DNA from: Cenococcum geophilum
Taxonomy: Eukaryota
Assembly (NCBI GenBank): GCA_050273025.1
Contig: CP158635.1
Coordinates: forward strand, 8,680,001 to 8,744,000
DNA: 64,000 nt
Reading direction: 5' to 3'
Below, one piece after another: positions 1 to 13,422 of the stretch (positions within the stretch are counted from its first letter, which is position 1; each line of letters starts with the position of its first letter). Both the position numbers and the translations under genes were made by a program. The notes under the pieces were generated by a model. The model did no database searches. It was not told where the DNA came from and saw only the letters and a list, made by a program, of their open reading frames with translations.

Positions 1-34
1 TTAAATTTGGTGACAATATTGCGATCGTGGCTCC

Positions 35-286
35 CTCTTCGGCGCCGATAAAAGCGGCGGAATAACGGCACGGGCCACAAACACCAGATTTTCGGCCACA
101 CCTTGATTTCTATATACAATTAAACGCTCAATTCATGCTCAATACTGTGTTATCTGCCCATTTGCACGCCGGCAATCTTGGGAGTGTTTTGGTGCGCGTA
201 TTGTTGTTTGTTGTGATTGTTTAGGGGGGTGTTTTGGTGTTTGTGGCCCGTGCCGTTATTCCGCCGCTTTTATCGGCGCCGAAGAG
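35..286. mobile_element. MITE-like non-autonomous DNA transposon (252 bp)
   Basis: Perfect 52-bp terminal inverted repeats (35-86 CTCTTCGGCGCCGATAAAAGCGGCGG...; 235-286). Flanked by direct repeat GCTCC (30-34, 287-291); alternatively a 3-bp CTC if the TIR is extended by 1 nt. Confidence 0.85.
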
Positions 287-392
287 GCTCCATCGGTGAC
301 CTCGCTTAGCTCTCGCCAACCCCCATCGGCGACCACGTTCAACTTTTTCCGGACCACGCTTTAGCTGCGACGCGTTTTAGGAGTGGCGGTGA

Positions 393-577
393 TATAACGG
401 TGTTGGGGCACGTCACCTGCCGCATTCTAAGATCGCTTACTACTAGCGCCTTGGCGCCCCCTATATATTAGCCCCTAACGGCCTTCTTCTTTCGTTCTTC
501 TTCTTCTTAGCTTAATATCTTTATATAGTAGTAATCTACAAGCTTCGCCACAGAGGCACCCATATGAGCCTGTTACA
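393..577 (+). repeat. Orphan 3' LTR related to the LTRs at 45992/49701
   Basis: TA(TG)...TGTTACA ends, preceded by purine-rich GAGTGGCGGTGA. Aligns by eye to the reverse complement of 45992-46174 (CTTAGCTTA.TATCTT, CTACAAGCTTCG, AGAGGCA, GAGCC.TG.CA). Confidence 0.6.
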
Positions 578-823
578 GCTACCTACCGAGCCTTCTCCTC
601 CTACTTAGCCGCGATTAATCTAGAATTAAATAAATATAAAAGGCAGGAATAAATAAAAGATAGTGTTTAAAATTAGCTTTATAGAAGCCTTAAATTAGGC
701 AGTAGTAGGAGTAGTAGTAGGAGGTAGAATACTAGAAGGATATAAATATTAAATGGAATATAATTAATAATCTAAAAAGGAAGTAAGTAAGGAAGAAGGA
801 CTCTACTACTACCTTTAGTACGA

Positions 824-1134
824 CTATCCCATGCGCCGTTACGAAAGGTGCTCCTTTTCCTGAGCCAACCAGAGGCTCTAGATTTAATTAAGTCTTGGCA
901 AAATAAAGTTGTAGATTTAATTAATTAATTATAACCCAATATTATAGTAATAAAACTTAAATTTAATATATAATTCGACTCTAGGTTAAACAAGGTCTAC
1001 ATCATTGGAAGAACGTTTGCAGCCCATTGTGGTGGTTTAATCACGATAAGAAGCTATAGAGAGACGCGTGTTGATGTTTTGGTGTTCGCGCACGGGCCAC
1101 AATAAAAGGAGCACCTTGACGGCGCATGGGATAG
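824..1134. mobile_element. MITE-like element (311 bp)
   Basis: Imperfect TIRs CTATCCCATGCGCCGT..AAGGTGCTCCTTTT (824-858) and AAAAGGAGCACCTT.ACGGCGCATGGGATAG (1104-1134). TSD is unclear (ACGA vs ATAA would be RIP-compatible). Confidence 0.7.
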
Positions 1135-1837
1135 ATAATAGTAAAGCCTCTACTAAGGTCTCTATATCGGCAAAATATTGTCCCCTATTAATGGCCTTAA
1201 TAGTTAGTAGTTAACGCAATTAGCGCGCAGTTAAGGGCATTTAGCAACTCGATTGACTAACTTATATCGTGGTTTTTTTTTTTAATATTCTAATACGCAG
1301 CCTACGCGCAGCCTGCGCGCAGTCTGCGCAATTAACGATTTCGTTAATTTACCTTTTACTTATAAAAATATTAAAGTCTTTTAAGTCCTATATAATATAG
1401 TATTATAATATATATATATTCTATAAGTAGGGGCCTATATAGAGTAGGATAATGGCTTATAAATTAAGGAGTTCTTTAGTAGTTCTAGATAGTATATAAG
1501 ATCTAATAGGAGGATATAAGAGGATACGCCCCTTTTAGCCCCTTAGGAACTAAATACCCCCGCTAAGCTAAAGGCGGTATATAAATTACTAGACCCTTTT
1601 ACTACCCCTAGACCTTCTAAAATATCTTAAAAGTATAGTATAAAAGGTAGATAGACTTTAAAGGAAAATAGACTAGGCGAAGGTAGAGCGCGTAAGACTA
1701 GCTAAAAGGTTATACCTAGGTTTTTTCTATATTAGAGATTTTTCTTATAAATAGAAGGTAAACGTCTATATAGACCTAGAAAAGGAACTAAATCGGGCAA
1801 TAAATAGAATAAATAATAATTATAACGTATATATAAT

Positions 1838-2108
1838 TGTATAATTATAGCACCTATTGTACCAACCGCGTGCTTACGCATTCGGTACACTAGGTACGCG
1901 TTTACGCGTTTAGTGCACCAACCACTCGCTTACGCGTCTGGTGCACTTATAAAGCACTAACTAATTAGGGGGGAGGTGCATTAGTATATAGACTACGTAG
2001 TCTGCTTTATACAATCGATAGTTACTATTATCTAAAAGAGCATACGATACTAAACGTATTTCGTGCCCCTGGATCTAACTTACTTATGCTATTAAATTAG
2101 TATAAATA
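1838..2108 (+). repeat. Copia 5' LTR
   Basis: Direct repeat of 15993-16263; the differences seen are C>T/G>A transitions. Confidence 0.95.
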
Positions 2109-5100
2109 CTGATTAGTGAGCGCGCACAGATCAGCAATTACTTGATACCTCCCCCCGAGCGATACTTAATAGCGACTACCTATTTAGACTCCTAGTACGA
2201 CCTACTAGAAGGTCGGAAGTCGGGGATTACGGACTATTACTAACTCTGTATACTTATTTAAGTCTTAGTACGGTTTACTAGAAGTTTATAGACGCGAATA
2301 TAGACCTTTACAGAACCCCCTACCCTTCTATAAACCACTACGGACCTACTAATTACCTTTACGGACCGTTATAAGACCTTATAGAAACCCCTTACCCTTC
2401 TGCAAACCGTTACGGACCTATTAACTGCCTTTACGGACCACTACAAAAACCCTTCTACCCGCTACGTACTATATAGTATGGCAGACATTAGCAAGTAAGT
2501 TAGCGAAGGTTAAAAGAAGTGGAGATAAGGAGTCGACGTTACGTCTATAAACGATGTTAACGACTATATTAGTTTTAAAATCCTTAAATATAAACACTTT
2601 AAGCTTATAAATAACGACCTGTAGGAGCAATACTAGGAAGACTTTGCGGACTTTACGGAAGCTATTTTTAAGGCCTATAACCCTATTACCATCCGTAAAC
2701 TATAAACCCTTTTATGTAACTAAGGTATATGGGTTAAAAGGGATAAACAAGTTACTGTTATATAGTCTTTATATAATATAATATATAAGAAAGACCAAAC
2801 AGAATAGACTAAAGAGAAAATCCTAGACTAGGTTAAAACCACTAAAGAACTCTTTACTTTTTCCAAACTTAATAGAATTGCCGGCCTTATACCTAACCCA
2901 CTTAACTAAATTTGTCCTATAAACCTAAGCAGTTTCGGAATTAATCTTATGGGCTAAAGTATACCTAGTACCTAAGTTACGGACTGTAATACCCCTGTAA
3001 CCCAAATTATAGACCGTAATACCCCCGTAAACTAAAATACGGACTAAACCCCTTCTGTTATTTAAGTTATAGTTTTATAAGCTATATATCTGTAAACTAT
3101 ATATCCATAAGCCGCATATCCGTAAGTTACAGATCCGTAATCTACCTAAGTAAAGACCTATGGTAAGGAGCTAGTAAACCTAGCTAAGCTCTATACTAAC
3201 AAATCTAAGTATAGCGGTGAAAATGATAATTTTAACTTTAAACTAACTATCTTTACGGACCTTTACTAGAAGGCTGATATTCCTAAATAGGAGTTTAGCT
3301 AAGCCTACTCTACTATGCTACGCGGCCTAGTACTCGACTACTACTACACTAACCTTAAGAGCAACCCCTATGGTGTTCCCTTTAATAAGCTATACGAAGC
3401 TACCTATAACTACTTTAAAGGACCGGAATATAAGCGTGATATCCTTACCTAATGGAATGCGACCAAGCTACGGACCGTAATTAATAAGAATATTAAAAAA
3501 TCGACTATAGAGTGCCTGCAAATTCTTATTAAAGACCTCCGGCACCTATAGCACGGCCTTAACGCTAAGCTTTAAATAGACGACTTCCTGTATAATAAAC
3601 TTATTACGGCCTACTAGGAAGTAGAGCCCTGCAAGTATACCTACTATAAGCCTGCAGATACCTTAGCTGGCCTTATTAATAATCTACGCTCCTCTATTAT
3701 AACGTACAAAGTCTTAAACCCACTAGGCAGCACTTAAGCCTTTATTACGGATATTTAATATCTATAAATAGACTTAGACGTCTACTTTACGGACCGCTAC
3801 TACCGCTAGTAGTACCTGTACCGACTAAGTCCAACCTATAACCCCCGCAGTAACCCCTGTACGAAAATATACCCCTATAGACGAACTAGCTAGAAGTGCT
3901 TTATATGCGGTAAGGAAGGATATTAGTCTATAAGGTATACCTAGGAAGAACATAATAAGTCTAGGAAGAGACTTAACAGCCGTATTAACTAGTTCATTTT
4001 GGAATACAAAGGAGAGGAAGTAGAAGAGCCCCCTAATAAGTTAATAGAAGCCCTTATAATTAACTTTAACTTAGACGCTTAGGAATAAGAGACCTTAGAG
4101 ATATTCCTAACCACTTTTAGACCTTTTACGGACAGCTAAGCCTTTAATATTATAACCGTATTAGCCAACCGTTTCTTTATACACTTAGTTACGCCCAAAA
4201 ACTATTCCGTAAGTACCCCTATTATAGATATTATAGATTATAAGCAGGACCCATTTGTATATATCACCACAAAACGCTATACCCCTAAGGAATTCTACGG
4301 TGTTATAATCGATATAGGTGCCTTTAAGAAGTCTACTATAGGCTATAGATAATACCTTGTATATAGGACCACTATAAATAACAATACGGATATTAATATT
4401 ACGTAAACTGGGGCCATAAACGTCTAATTTGGCATTGGCTTAACCGCATTAATTAGATTAGTTAAAGTTAAGACTTTAATTAGCCTAGTTAACTTCCACG
4501 TAGTAAAAGCGGACACCCCCTTCCTATTTTGTCTTATAGACATAGACAGGTTATAGGTGTACTATAATAATATTACGGACACCTTAATTAGCCCCGTAAC
4601 TGCCCTAGGAAGCAAGTATATTACCCTACTAATTATATAACGATTTAGACACCCGTTCCTTATATAGGGAAAGACTCTACGGACCTATATTTAGGAATCT
4701 TTCAACTATAACCCGTGCTACCTTAGCAGTACGGAAATCCACTGCCTGTACTGCCGTTTTGGCCACCTATTAGCCAAAAAGCTATATAGAGTCCTTAAAT
4801 GTTTTAGACACGACAATGTTAATAGGAAAGCTATTAACTACCTAACTAAATACTGCTCCTACTGCTAGAAATACAGACATTCTCTAGGCCGATTTAAGTT
4901 TACCCTTTATAAGGATCTTAACTTTAACTATTTAGTGTACGTAGACATTATATATATTAATGGCAGCCTAGTATTATATATAATTGACGAGGCAACCTAC
5001 TATTAAGCCGCCCGTTAGTTATAAAATATATCTATAAAATATACTTAGGATATTTTACGGACCTACTAGATTAATACGTACGTTAGACCTCCTAAATATA

Positions 5101-5823
5101 TTACCTACAACGCTAGTAGGAACTTTATTAGTAAGGAATTCTAGTAGTATACTACGGCTATAGCTATATTAACAAAAGCCGTTCTAGTTAAGGCGTATTA
5201 GTCTATTAGGCTTATTAAGCGAGCTTACCTAGCCTTATAGAGAGCGTATTAGATTATTACGGACGAATATAAGGATATCTAAAAGGAACTAGCTCTATAG
5301 ATGGCCGTAAAAGCCATTAACGACACTGCTGGCCCAGATGGACTAGTACCTACTCTCTTGGTCTACGGAGCCTACCCAAGGATAAGCAAACTAGATCCTT
5401 CTGCCCCGTTTATTACGGAACGAGCAGCCGTAATACAGAAGGTAATAGCTAAGATAGTTAAGCTACAGGCTAAACAAACTGTTAATAACGCCCTATACTA
5501 CCGTAACGGACCTAATACGACCTTAGTATATAACCTCCTGCTTAACTCTAAAGTCCTTATATAGCGTAAAAGCGGTAGCTAAAATGGACCCTATTATCTA
5601 CTAGCCGTAGAAAACGAGACGTGCTGTGTAACAGCTTCTTAGTGGGCTAACTAGCTTTAGAAGCGCGTCTATAAAACCCTACTTTCGGCCCGAAACTACC
5701 TATAACGTTAAGCCAGACGAACTAGAAGCAACTGCCGAACCAGACGAATTAGAAGCAACTGCCAAATTAAATAAACTAGAAGCACCCTTGCCTACCCTAA
5801 AAGTCCCCTAAAAACCCACTAAA

Positions 5824-6244
5824 TGTAACGGAGCCTTATAGTAGGGACTACGGTGGACTCGTTAATAGGCTAGGTATATAGGTATTGCAAGTAAGTCAAC
5901 AACGTAATAATAACTGGTGGAGTAGTTGCCCAATAGATTAACTCTAATTGTATTCTAAGAATCACTATAAGAAAGGAACTATCTAGGTAGGAACTAAGGG
6001 TCCTTAAATACACAACCGTACTCCTATAAAATCCTTCTTATACATAATATATATCTTATACATAAGGTATATAAGTTCCCTTTATTCCTCTTGTTTCTTT
6101 TATAGCACCTTATATAACCTTAATTACTATTCCTTGTTATATAGTTCTATGGGTTCCATCTTAGACCATACTTATATTAACCAACTAGCTTCTTCTAACT
6201 TCTCTCTAAGTAGTCATAATATTGTACTTAAAGCGTCCGTAACA
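5824..6244 (-). repeat. Gypsy copy A 3' LTR
   Basis: TG...CA ends; direct repeat of 13423-13843. Confidence 0.95.
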
Positions 6245-6352
6245 CTATCTCCCTCCTCTCCATCTTTGTCCTTAAAAATACCTAGTATCTCTAAGTTGTT
6301 TACTAGAGGTATAATATCCATTTAATTAATTTGGTTAATATTGTTACTTATA

Positions 6353-7036
6353 ATGCCTAAGGCTTCTTCTTCTTCACACGCGCAACGTCGTGCTCGCACT
6401 ATTACTGCAATATTATCGCTTAGTAAAATAATACCATCTCCGTGTTCTCGTTACTTAAGGGAGGGATTAGTATATATTACGCTAGCAAGTCCTTTATCTC
6501 AGCAACCCTCCTTTTATTTAGAGTGCACTAAAGCAAATATTTAATCGTCTTACGATGTCCGTTTTACTTCTAACGCTAAGTATACGCGTCCTATAACTCT
6601 TAATAGTCTTTAAGTTCCCTAAGTAATTTGTTATAGGGTTTTATATTCAATCTGCTACTGCAAAGCTTAATAGTAACCTAGCGCAGGCCCTTACTAAGCT
6701 TAAGCGTTCTTAGGATACGGAACAGAAGGCCCTAAATACTCATATTACGGCGTCTGCCCATTTACTCCGTCTTAAAAAGGTACGTAAGAATGTTTATTTT
6801 AAGGAGTGGAAACTTATAGAATAAGGTCTATAGGAACTTAGTAATAAAAAAACGGATTCTCTTCCAATAGAGAAGGAAACAACTCTAAATAGTTTAGCAG
6901 TCGCTCTTCCTAAGTCCCCTTTAGGTGGCTTATTCTTTAATAATTCCTCTTTATTAATATTACCTAACCTTTTCTCTTCTAATACTCCTGTACCTTTCCT
7001 ATAGCGTTCTTTAGATTCTCTAGTAGTTCCTAAGTA
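6353..7036 (+). pseudogene. Antisense accessory ORF of the Gypsy: Zn(II)2Cys6-like motif + intron + coiled coil (RIP-damaged)
   Basis: MPKASSSSHAQRRARTI... De-RIPed reading gives C-x2-C-x6-C-x13-C-x2-C-x8-C. Putative intron 6582-6636; exon 2 is helical (LAQAL.KL.R...LLRLKKVR). Conserved in copy B. Confidence 0.7.
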
Positions 7037-10000
7037 GTCTTATTATAGCCTATCCACTTTACTTCGTACTATGTTTTGTTATTAACATCCTTATAACTAA
7101 CGATCTTTAAAACTTACTATTTATCTTCTTCCTATCCTCTATACGTGTCTACTTTATAAACTAGTGGCTTAACATTTCCGTATACTGGCTCTAGCATTAC
7201 AATATACTATATAGGGTAGATCTTTATTTTGGCTAGTAGGTTTAACTTAAACATAACTGATAAAATTTTCTACGTAATTTTAAAAGGTCCTAGTCTAACA
7301 TAGTCCAACTTCTTACTTAGTCGTCAACTCTTGAAATTTTTGTGTAGTAGCTATACTTTATCTCCCTCCTTAAGATCTGGTCCCTTAGATCTCTTAGTAT
7401 CGTAGTACTTTTTCATTCTTTGCTGTACTATCTTAGCTATTTCCATAAGGTTTGTATAAAGATTTATTAAAGTCTCCATTCTTTACTTAGCTTTACTACT
7501 TATTTTCTTTACTTATTATAGCAATAATAATGTTCTTAGCTTATATCTATAATTCGCCTTAAATAGTAACGTACCTATTCCTTCTTATGGTATTACATTA
7601 TATATAAATTATATAACTGGTAATAGCGATACCCAATTATTCTATACGTAATTAATATAGTGCCTTAGATACTACTCTAGTGTCTAGTTTAATCTTTCTG
7701 TTTAACCGTCTGTCTATAGATAATATATAGTAGAAGTTACTACTTAAACTTCTTATTCCGCTAAAAATACTTCCTAAAATGCTGCTATAAATCTTAGATC
7801 TCTATCTAATATAATTTTGCTTAGTACTCTATATCTTATAAACACTTCTTTAACATAGATTTTAGCGACATCTTCCGCTAAGATTTCTTCCGTATAGGCT
7901 ATAAAGTATCCCCACTTTATAAGCTTGTCTACTATTACTAAGATTACGTTGTAATCTTATCCGGTAATAGGGTCTCTTAATTTTAGCAACTTAATAATAA
8001 AGTCCTATAATATAACCTCCTATAGTCTCTCTAGTATTTTAATAGGTTATAGCCCTCTATACGGCTTATACCTTATTAGTTTATTTCTTTAGTAATCTAA
8101 ACACTCTTTAGTGACCCTTCTAGCTATCCTTTAGATTCCGTTAATAATATACTCCTCCTAGAGTCTTAATACTAAGCCCATAGCTCCGTTGTGTCCTTAA
8201 ATTAATCCCTTATAAAAGTCCTCCATAAACTACTCTACTATGCCTCTTAGGATATACTTTGCTTCTTAATTTTTATATATATCCGACTATAGGTCTTCTA
8301 GTTATACTTCTAGAATCCTTTATACCTAAAAGCTTTCTAGTATTTTATAGACTTTCTTTTCTAACTTATTCTCTTATATTACTATAATCTTTAGATAATT
8401 ATACCTAATCAGTCCATCTATATCTTTTTGCAGTAAAGCCCCTAATAGCTTATTATTATTTTATAGTTTAGCCTTTTAACTTAACGCATTAGCTCACGTG
8501 TTGTCTATACCCTTAGTATACTAAATTTTGAAATAGTATTCTATAAGCATCTCTGCCCATCTAACCTATCTTTAGTTAAGTTTCTTTATTATTAGAAGTC
8601 CTATTAGGTTCTTATAGTCCGTTTTAACTACAAATGGTTTCTCTATGCCTTATAAAAACGCTCTCTATTTTTTTAGTACTATAACTATACCTAATAACTC
8701 CTTATTATAGATGTTATAGTTTAACTCTAGTAGTATTATCTTTTGACTATAGTATGCCACTAGATGCTATCTATCTGGATGCTTTTATATAAAGTATACT
8801 CCTAGTACAAAGTCTAATATATTTGTTTCTATAACCGTCTCTAGTCCTAGTTAATAGATCTTAAGAACTGGCTCCTGGGTAAATAACTCTTTGATTTTTT
8901 TAAAGAGTTCTTACTATTCCTCTCCCTATGCCTATAGTTCTTCTTTTTTTGTTAACTATATAAATGGTTTAATATCCTTTAACCATTACGCTATAAACCT
9001 TCTATAGTAATTACAAAACCCTAGGAATAATCTTAACTGCGTAACGTTCTCTAGTTCCTACCAATTTACTATAGCCTTAATCTTCTTTAGATCTATGCTA
9101 AGTTAGCCTAGTTTAATAATAAATCTAACGAAATCGGTCTTCCTAGTAAAGAACTCGCATTTCTCGATTACTACTGGCATCTATTCTTCCTATAGTCTCT
9201 TTAAAACCCATTTAACGTATTCTTCGTACTCTTCCTCGTTTATTAAGTAGATAATAATATTGTTAAGGTATACTATAACAAATTCATCTAAATATTCTTC
9301 TAATATATTATTAATACGCTTCTAGAATATTGCTAGCGCATTTATAAGCCTAAATTATATAACTAGTGGTTTATATAGTCCTTTCTTTAACCTAAAGGCT
9401 GCCTTTTATTTATTGCCTTCCTTAATCCTAATCTAATGATACGCCTATCTCAGATCTATCTTTATAAAGATTTGCGCATTACCTATCCTATTTTAAATTT
9501 CGCTAATTAAGGGTAAAGGATACCTATCCTTTCTAGTAATACTATTTAACTGTCTATAGTTGATACATAGCCTTAGTTTGCTATTCTTTTTTAGTACAAA
9601 TAGTACTAGATATCCTGCTAATAACTACGATAGTCTAATATATCCTTTTTGTAAGTTTTCTTAAATAAACTCTTTTAATGCTCTATCTTCTTCTTTAGTA
9701 AGCTTATAAATTAGAAAGAACCTTAGACTTATTCCTAGTTCTAATTCTATCTTATAGTCCTATGCTATATACTCTAATAGCTTTTTACTCTTAAGTAACT
9801 ATAGTTTCTTGCTATACTTATAGTATCTTTTTGGTATATAGCTTAGCCCTTTTTCTATTTCTTTGTAGGTCGCTCCTACTTAATACTATACCAACTTAGC
9901 TTATTGTCATATCTTACGGCGTTGTATATTTCTAATATCGACCTAACCTATAACCTAATTAATCTTTGGATTGTATTCCTATAACTAAGGCATTCCTAGT

Positions 10001-13000
10001 ACTGCCTTATTATTCCCTAATAGTAATATATTAAAAGACATCTTAACTAGTCTTCCTTCGATGGTTAACTGAATAGGTCTTATTTTAAAATTAATAATAC
10101 CTCCTCTATAGGCTATCGGATCTCCTAAAATTGTTACTAATAGGTAAGAACATTCCTTTTACCTATGTAGTAATCCTATTTTTTTTACTACTGCTAGCGA
10201 GATATGGTTCCTTATTACTCCACTATCTATTAATACCTTAAACTATTAATCTTACCACTTAATTTATAAATTTAGGTATTGTCCTTAAATTCCTTTAAGG
10301 GTTTAAGGCTCTACTACTGGCTCCCTTTGGTCCTATAGGCCTCTACTTTTCCTAACTATTAGCTGCTAGATTCTATTTATACTTAGTCCAACTTAGGCCA
10401 ATACTTAGTTCGTTTTTTATCTTTAATATACTATAGACAGGTATTCTCTAAATATTCCCACCATTATTATCCATCTAGGCATTATTCTATAAGGAATCTT
10501 TCTGGTTAAAGTATTAAGTCCCCTTATTTTTAAACTTCTACTAGGTGCCAACTATATATATATTTAGCGTTTCTATATTTCGCCTTGTCCGTTATCTAAT
10601 ATATCCTTATTAAATACTTTTAATTTTTGTTCTTTAGTACTCTATGTATATTACACGCATCATCCATATATGCTATCTACGATAGTGTGTAATATGCTTA
10701 ATGTCTTAGGTTAACTTTCGGCTTATCCTCGTCCTTAAGTTTAAACCTTTCTCGTATTAATCTAAGCGTCGTAACTTCGTTTATAGGTACTAAGATTCGC
10801 CTTTTACTTCTTTAGTCCTCTAATTACTCCTTTAGATCTTTTAATGTTATAATTAAAGCCCCCTTAATATAAGTTATAGCCTTCTCTATAATTAGGTAGT
10901 CTTAGACAACTTTCTCGTCCAACTATATATAGAAATCTTCCCACTTATCGTTATGTTGTTGCCTATACCACTTTTAATATAGCTACTTAAGTATATACGG
11001 CTTGTCCGTAAGGAAATATCTCTTTATTACTGCGTTATAACAGCCTTTAGTATATCGTTCTTCGAACCTAGTAGGAATCCCTAGATCCTCTTCTTATTCT
11101 AGTTTAGTAAGCCACTTAGCTCTTAGCGTGCCTATTCTAGGCCTATTAGTAATTCTTTATACTAGCGCTCTGTCCTTTATACGTCCTAATATACTAGATC
11201 TCTTATCTAGTTTCTGTTCTTGCTATAAGGTAATTCTTGCCCTAAATTCCTTTATAGTTTCCTTTACGTCGCGTCTTACGAGTAGATCCTTAAAGTTTTC
11301 GTACTTCTTAATCTTAGTATTAACTTTTTGATCTTTAGGCTAAACACTATATTCCCCTAGTAAGTCCTCTGGGTCTATATATCTATCTCCTAGTCTAATT
11401 ACTGTTTACGCTGTAGATTCTCTAATCTATAAAGAAGCCTCTTACCTCTTGCTTATAGGTGTCCTAATTTATGCTCCAAATTCTTAACCCCTTAGACTCT
11501 TTAATCCTAAGCTTGCTTTTAACTTAAGCTTAGCCCCTACCTTAGTCCAACTAGGCTTAACTAGTGTCCTTATCTCTTCTTAAGAGTCCTAGATCTTACT
11601 TATCTTATCTTAAGAGTCTTATACTATTAGGAATTCTTGTCCCAAGCTCATTTATATATCCTTAAACTAAGCTACTACTCTACTCCATCGGTTTCTGTCC
11701 GTTATAGGTTTTTAAGCTTACCTTATCTCGTCTTAAGAATCTTAGTTGTCTCTTATCTCGTCTTAAGAATCTTAAGCCTTTAGCTTTTTGCCTTTATTAA
11801 GTAGTAAGCTAGCACTAGCAGTCGTCTAATTGCTTAATTATTTCTAAATATTACTCCTTTCGTCTTATAAAGCGATGGATACCGTATTTAACGGTATTAT
11901 AATACCCGTTACTAAACCTTGCTCTATAGCGGTTTTAGTCTCTACTTCTATTACGTTATTAAGGTTTAGATACCCCTAGTTAGTTCCTTTACTATCCTTA
12001 TTACTATTAATTAATAAGTACTCCAACTCCATTATTATTATTACTAATCTTTATCCGTATATTACTGTGATATCTTAATCTAGCTTATAAAGTCGATCTT
12101 ATTCTTTATCTAACTCTTTAGTTCCTCTAAGTCCCTTTAACTCTAGCTCTTATAGCCAATAGCTTGCACTATACTTAGCGTCTTTATAAATTTGGCATGC
12201 GTTGTTATAACAAAACGTAAAACTTCTAATTAAACATTCTTTTATTCCTCGCAGCGCATTATTGTCCCTCTATATATATATGTCACATACTACTGGTCTA
12301 GTTCCCTTTATTGCATAGTAACTCTAACCATCTTTATAATCCCTCGCGAAGTAACCCTATTTTCTATAATTTATATAAGCTCCGTCTCTAAACCATTAAC
12401 TTTATTATAGAGTCCGCCTAAACGTCTTCTGCTATTAAGATCCCTGGTTTAGCCTATGCTTTTTAGTCCTATAATCACTAGATCCTTAACCTCTAGGTTT
12501 CTATAGTTTCTTACTCTATCTCTTATAGGCTTCTTTAGTGCCACTTAGGTCTATTAGCTTTACGCTATACCATAATTTCTAATTTAGCTTTAGTTGTTAC
12601 GTACTTTGCGTCTTATATAACTATAGAACTTTATCCTAGCCCTTCTTAGCCTATTCCCTTTGGAAGATCCTATTGTTAATCTTAATCGCTTAATCTATTA
12701 ATTCCCTTAGGGTATCCGCATCTTCTATCAGAATAATTACGTCCTAGACTTTAGCCTTAAGTCCCTGTTTATACTGTGCCATAAGCGCCTTATTATTCCA
12801 CTTAAGTTATATAGCTAGCGTTTGGAATTATATTGTGTACTTAATTACTAAAGTCCGTTGCGTTAGGTCCTAAAGCTTTCTTTCCGCTATAGTTATTGCT
12901 TCTAGGTCCCCGAACATTTGTATAAGTCGCTCTATAAATTTATTCCAGCTTAAAAACATAAACCGTACTTCCTGGTTTATTATTATCATTCCATTTACTT

Positions 13001-13422
13001 ATATCTCTGTAAGGTAAGGCTTAAACTATTTAAGTGCTCTTCCTAACAAGAATAATCCTACATATACTACTTAATCCATAGTTATTGCCAGCTTTGCTCC
13101 TTTCTGCGTAACCTTAAAATATATTTATATAAGGAATCCTTTAAGCTTTAATCTTTCTCCTAAGAATCTTTCAATCAATAGTAACTTAACCTTTACTACT
13201 CCTATCCCATTAATTCTATTTTTAAGTGCCGTATTATCTCCCATTAGCTAATCAACTATTATTTATAACTGTCCTACTGTTATAAGTTGTTATAAGTTAG
13301 TGTTTACCATACTGGTATTATTACCTAATCCTAACATAGTTGCCGCCGTTAATGGCGTTGTGGTGGCTGCTTTTAGTAGCATATTATTCGACTTATTAAA
13401 ACCGTAACTATAGTAGTAATTA

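Noticed and set aside
6134..6325. ORFs 6134-6325, 11128-11331, 13637-13867, 26786-26971 and 31649-31834 as host genes
   Set aside because: They lie within LTRs or antisense to RIPed TE frames and have no recognisable motifs.
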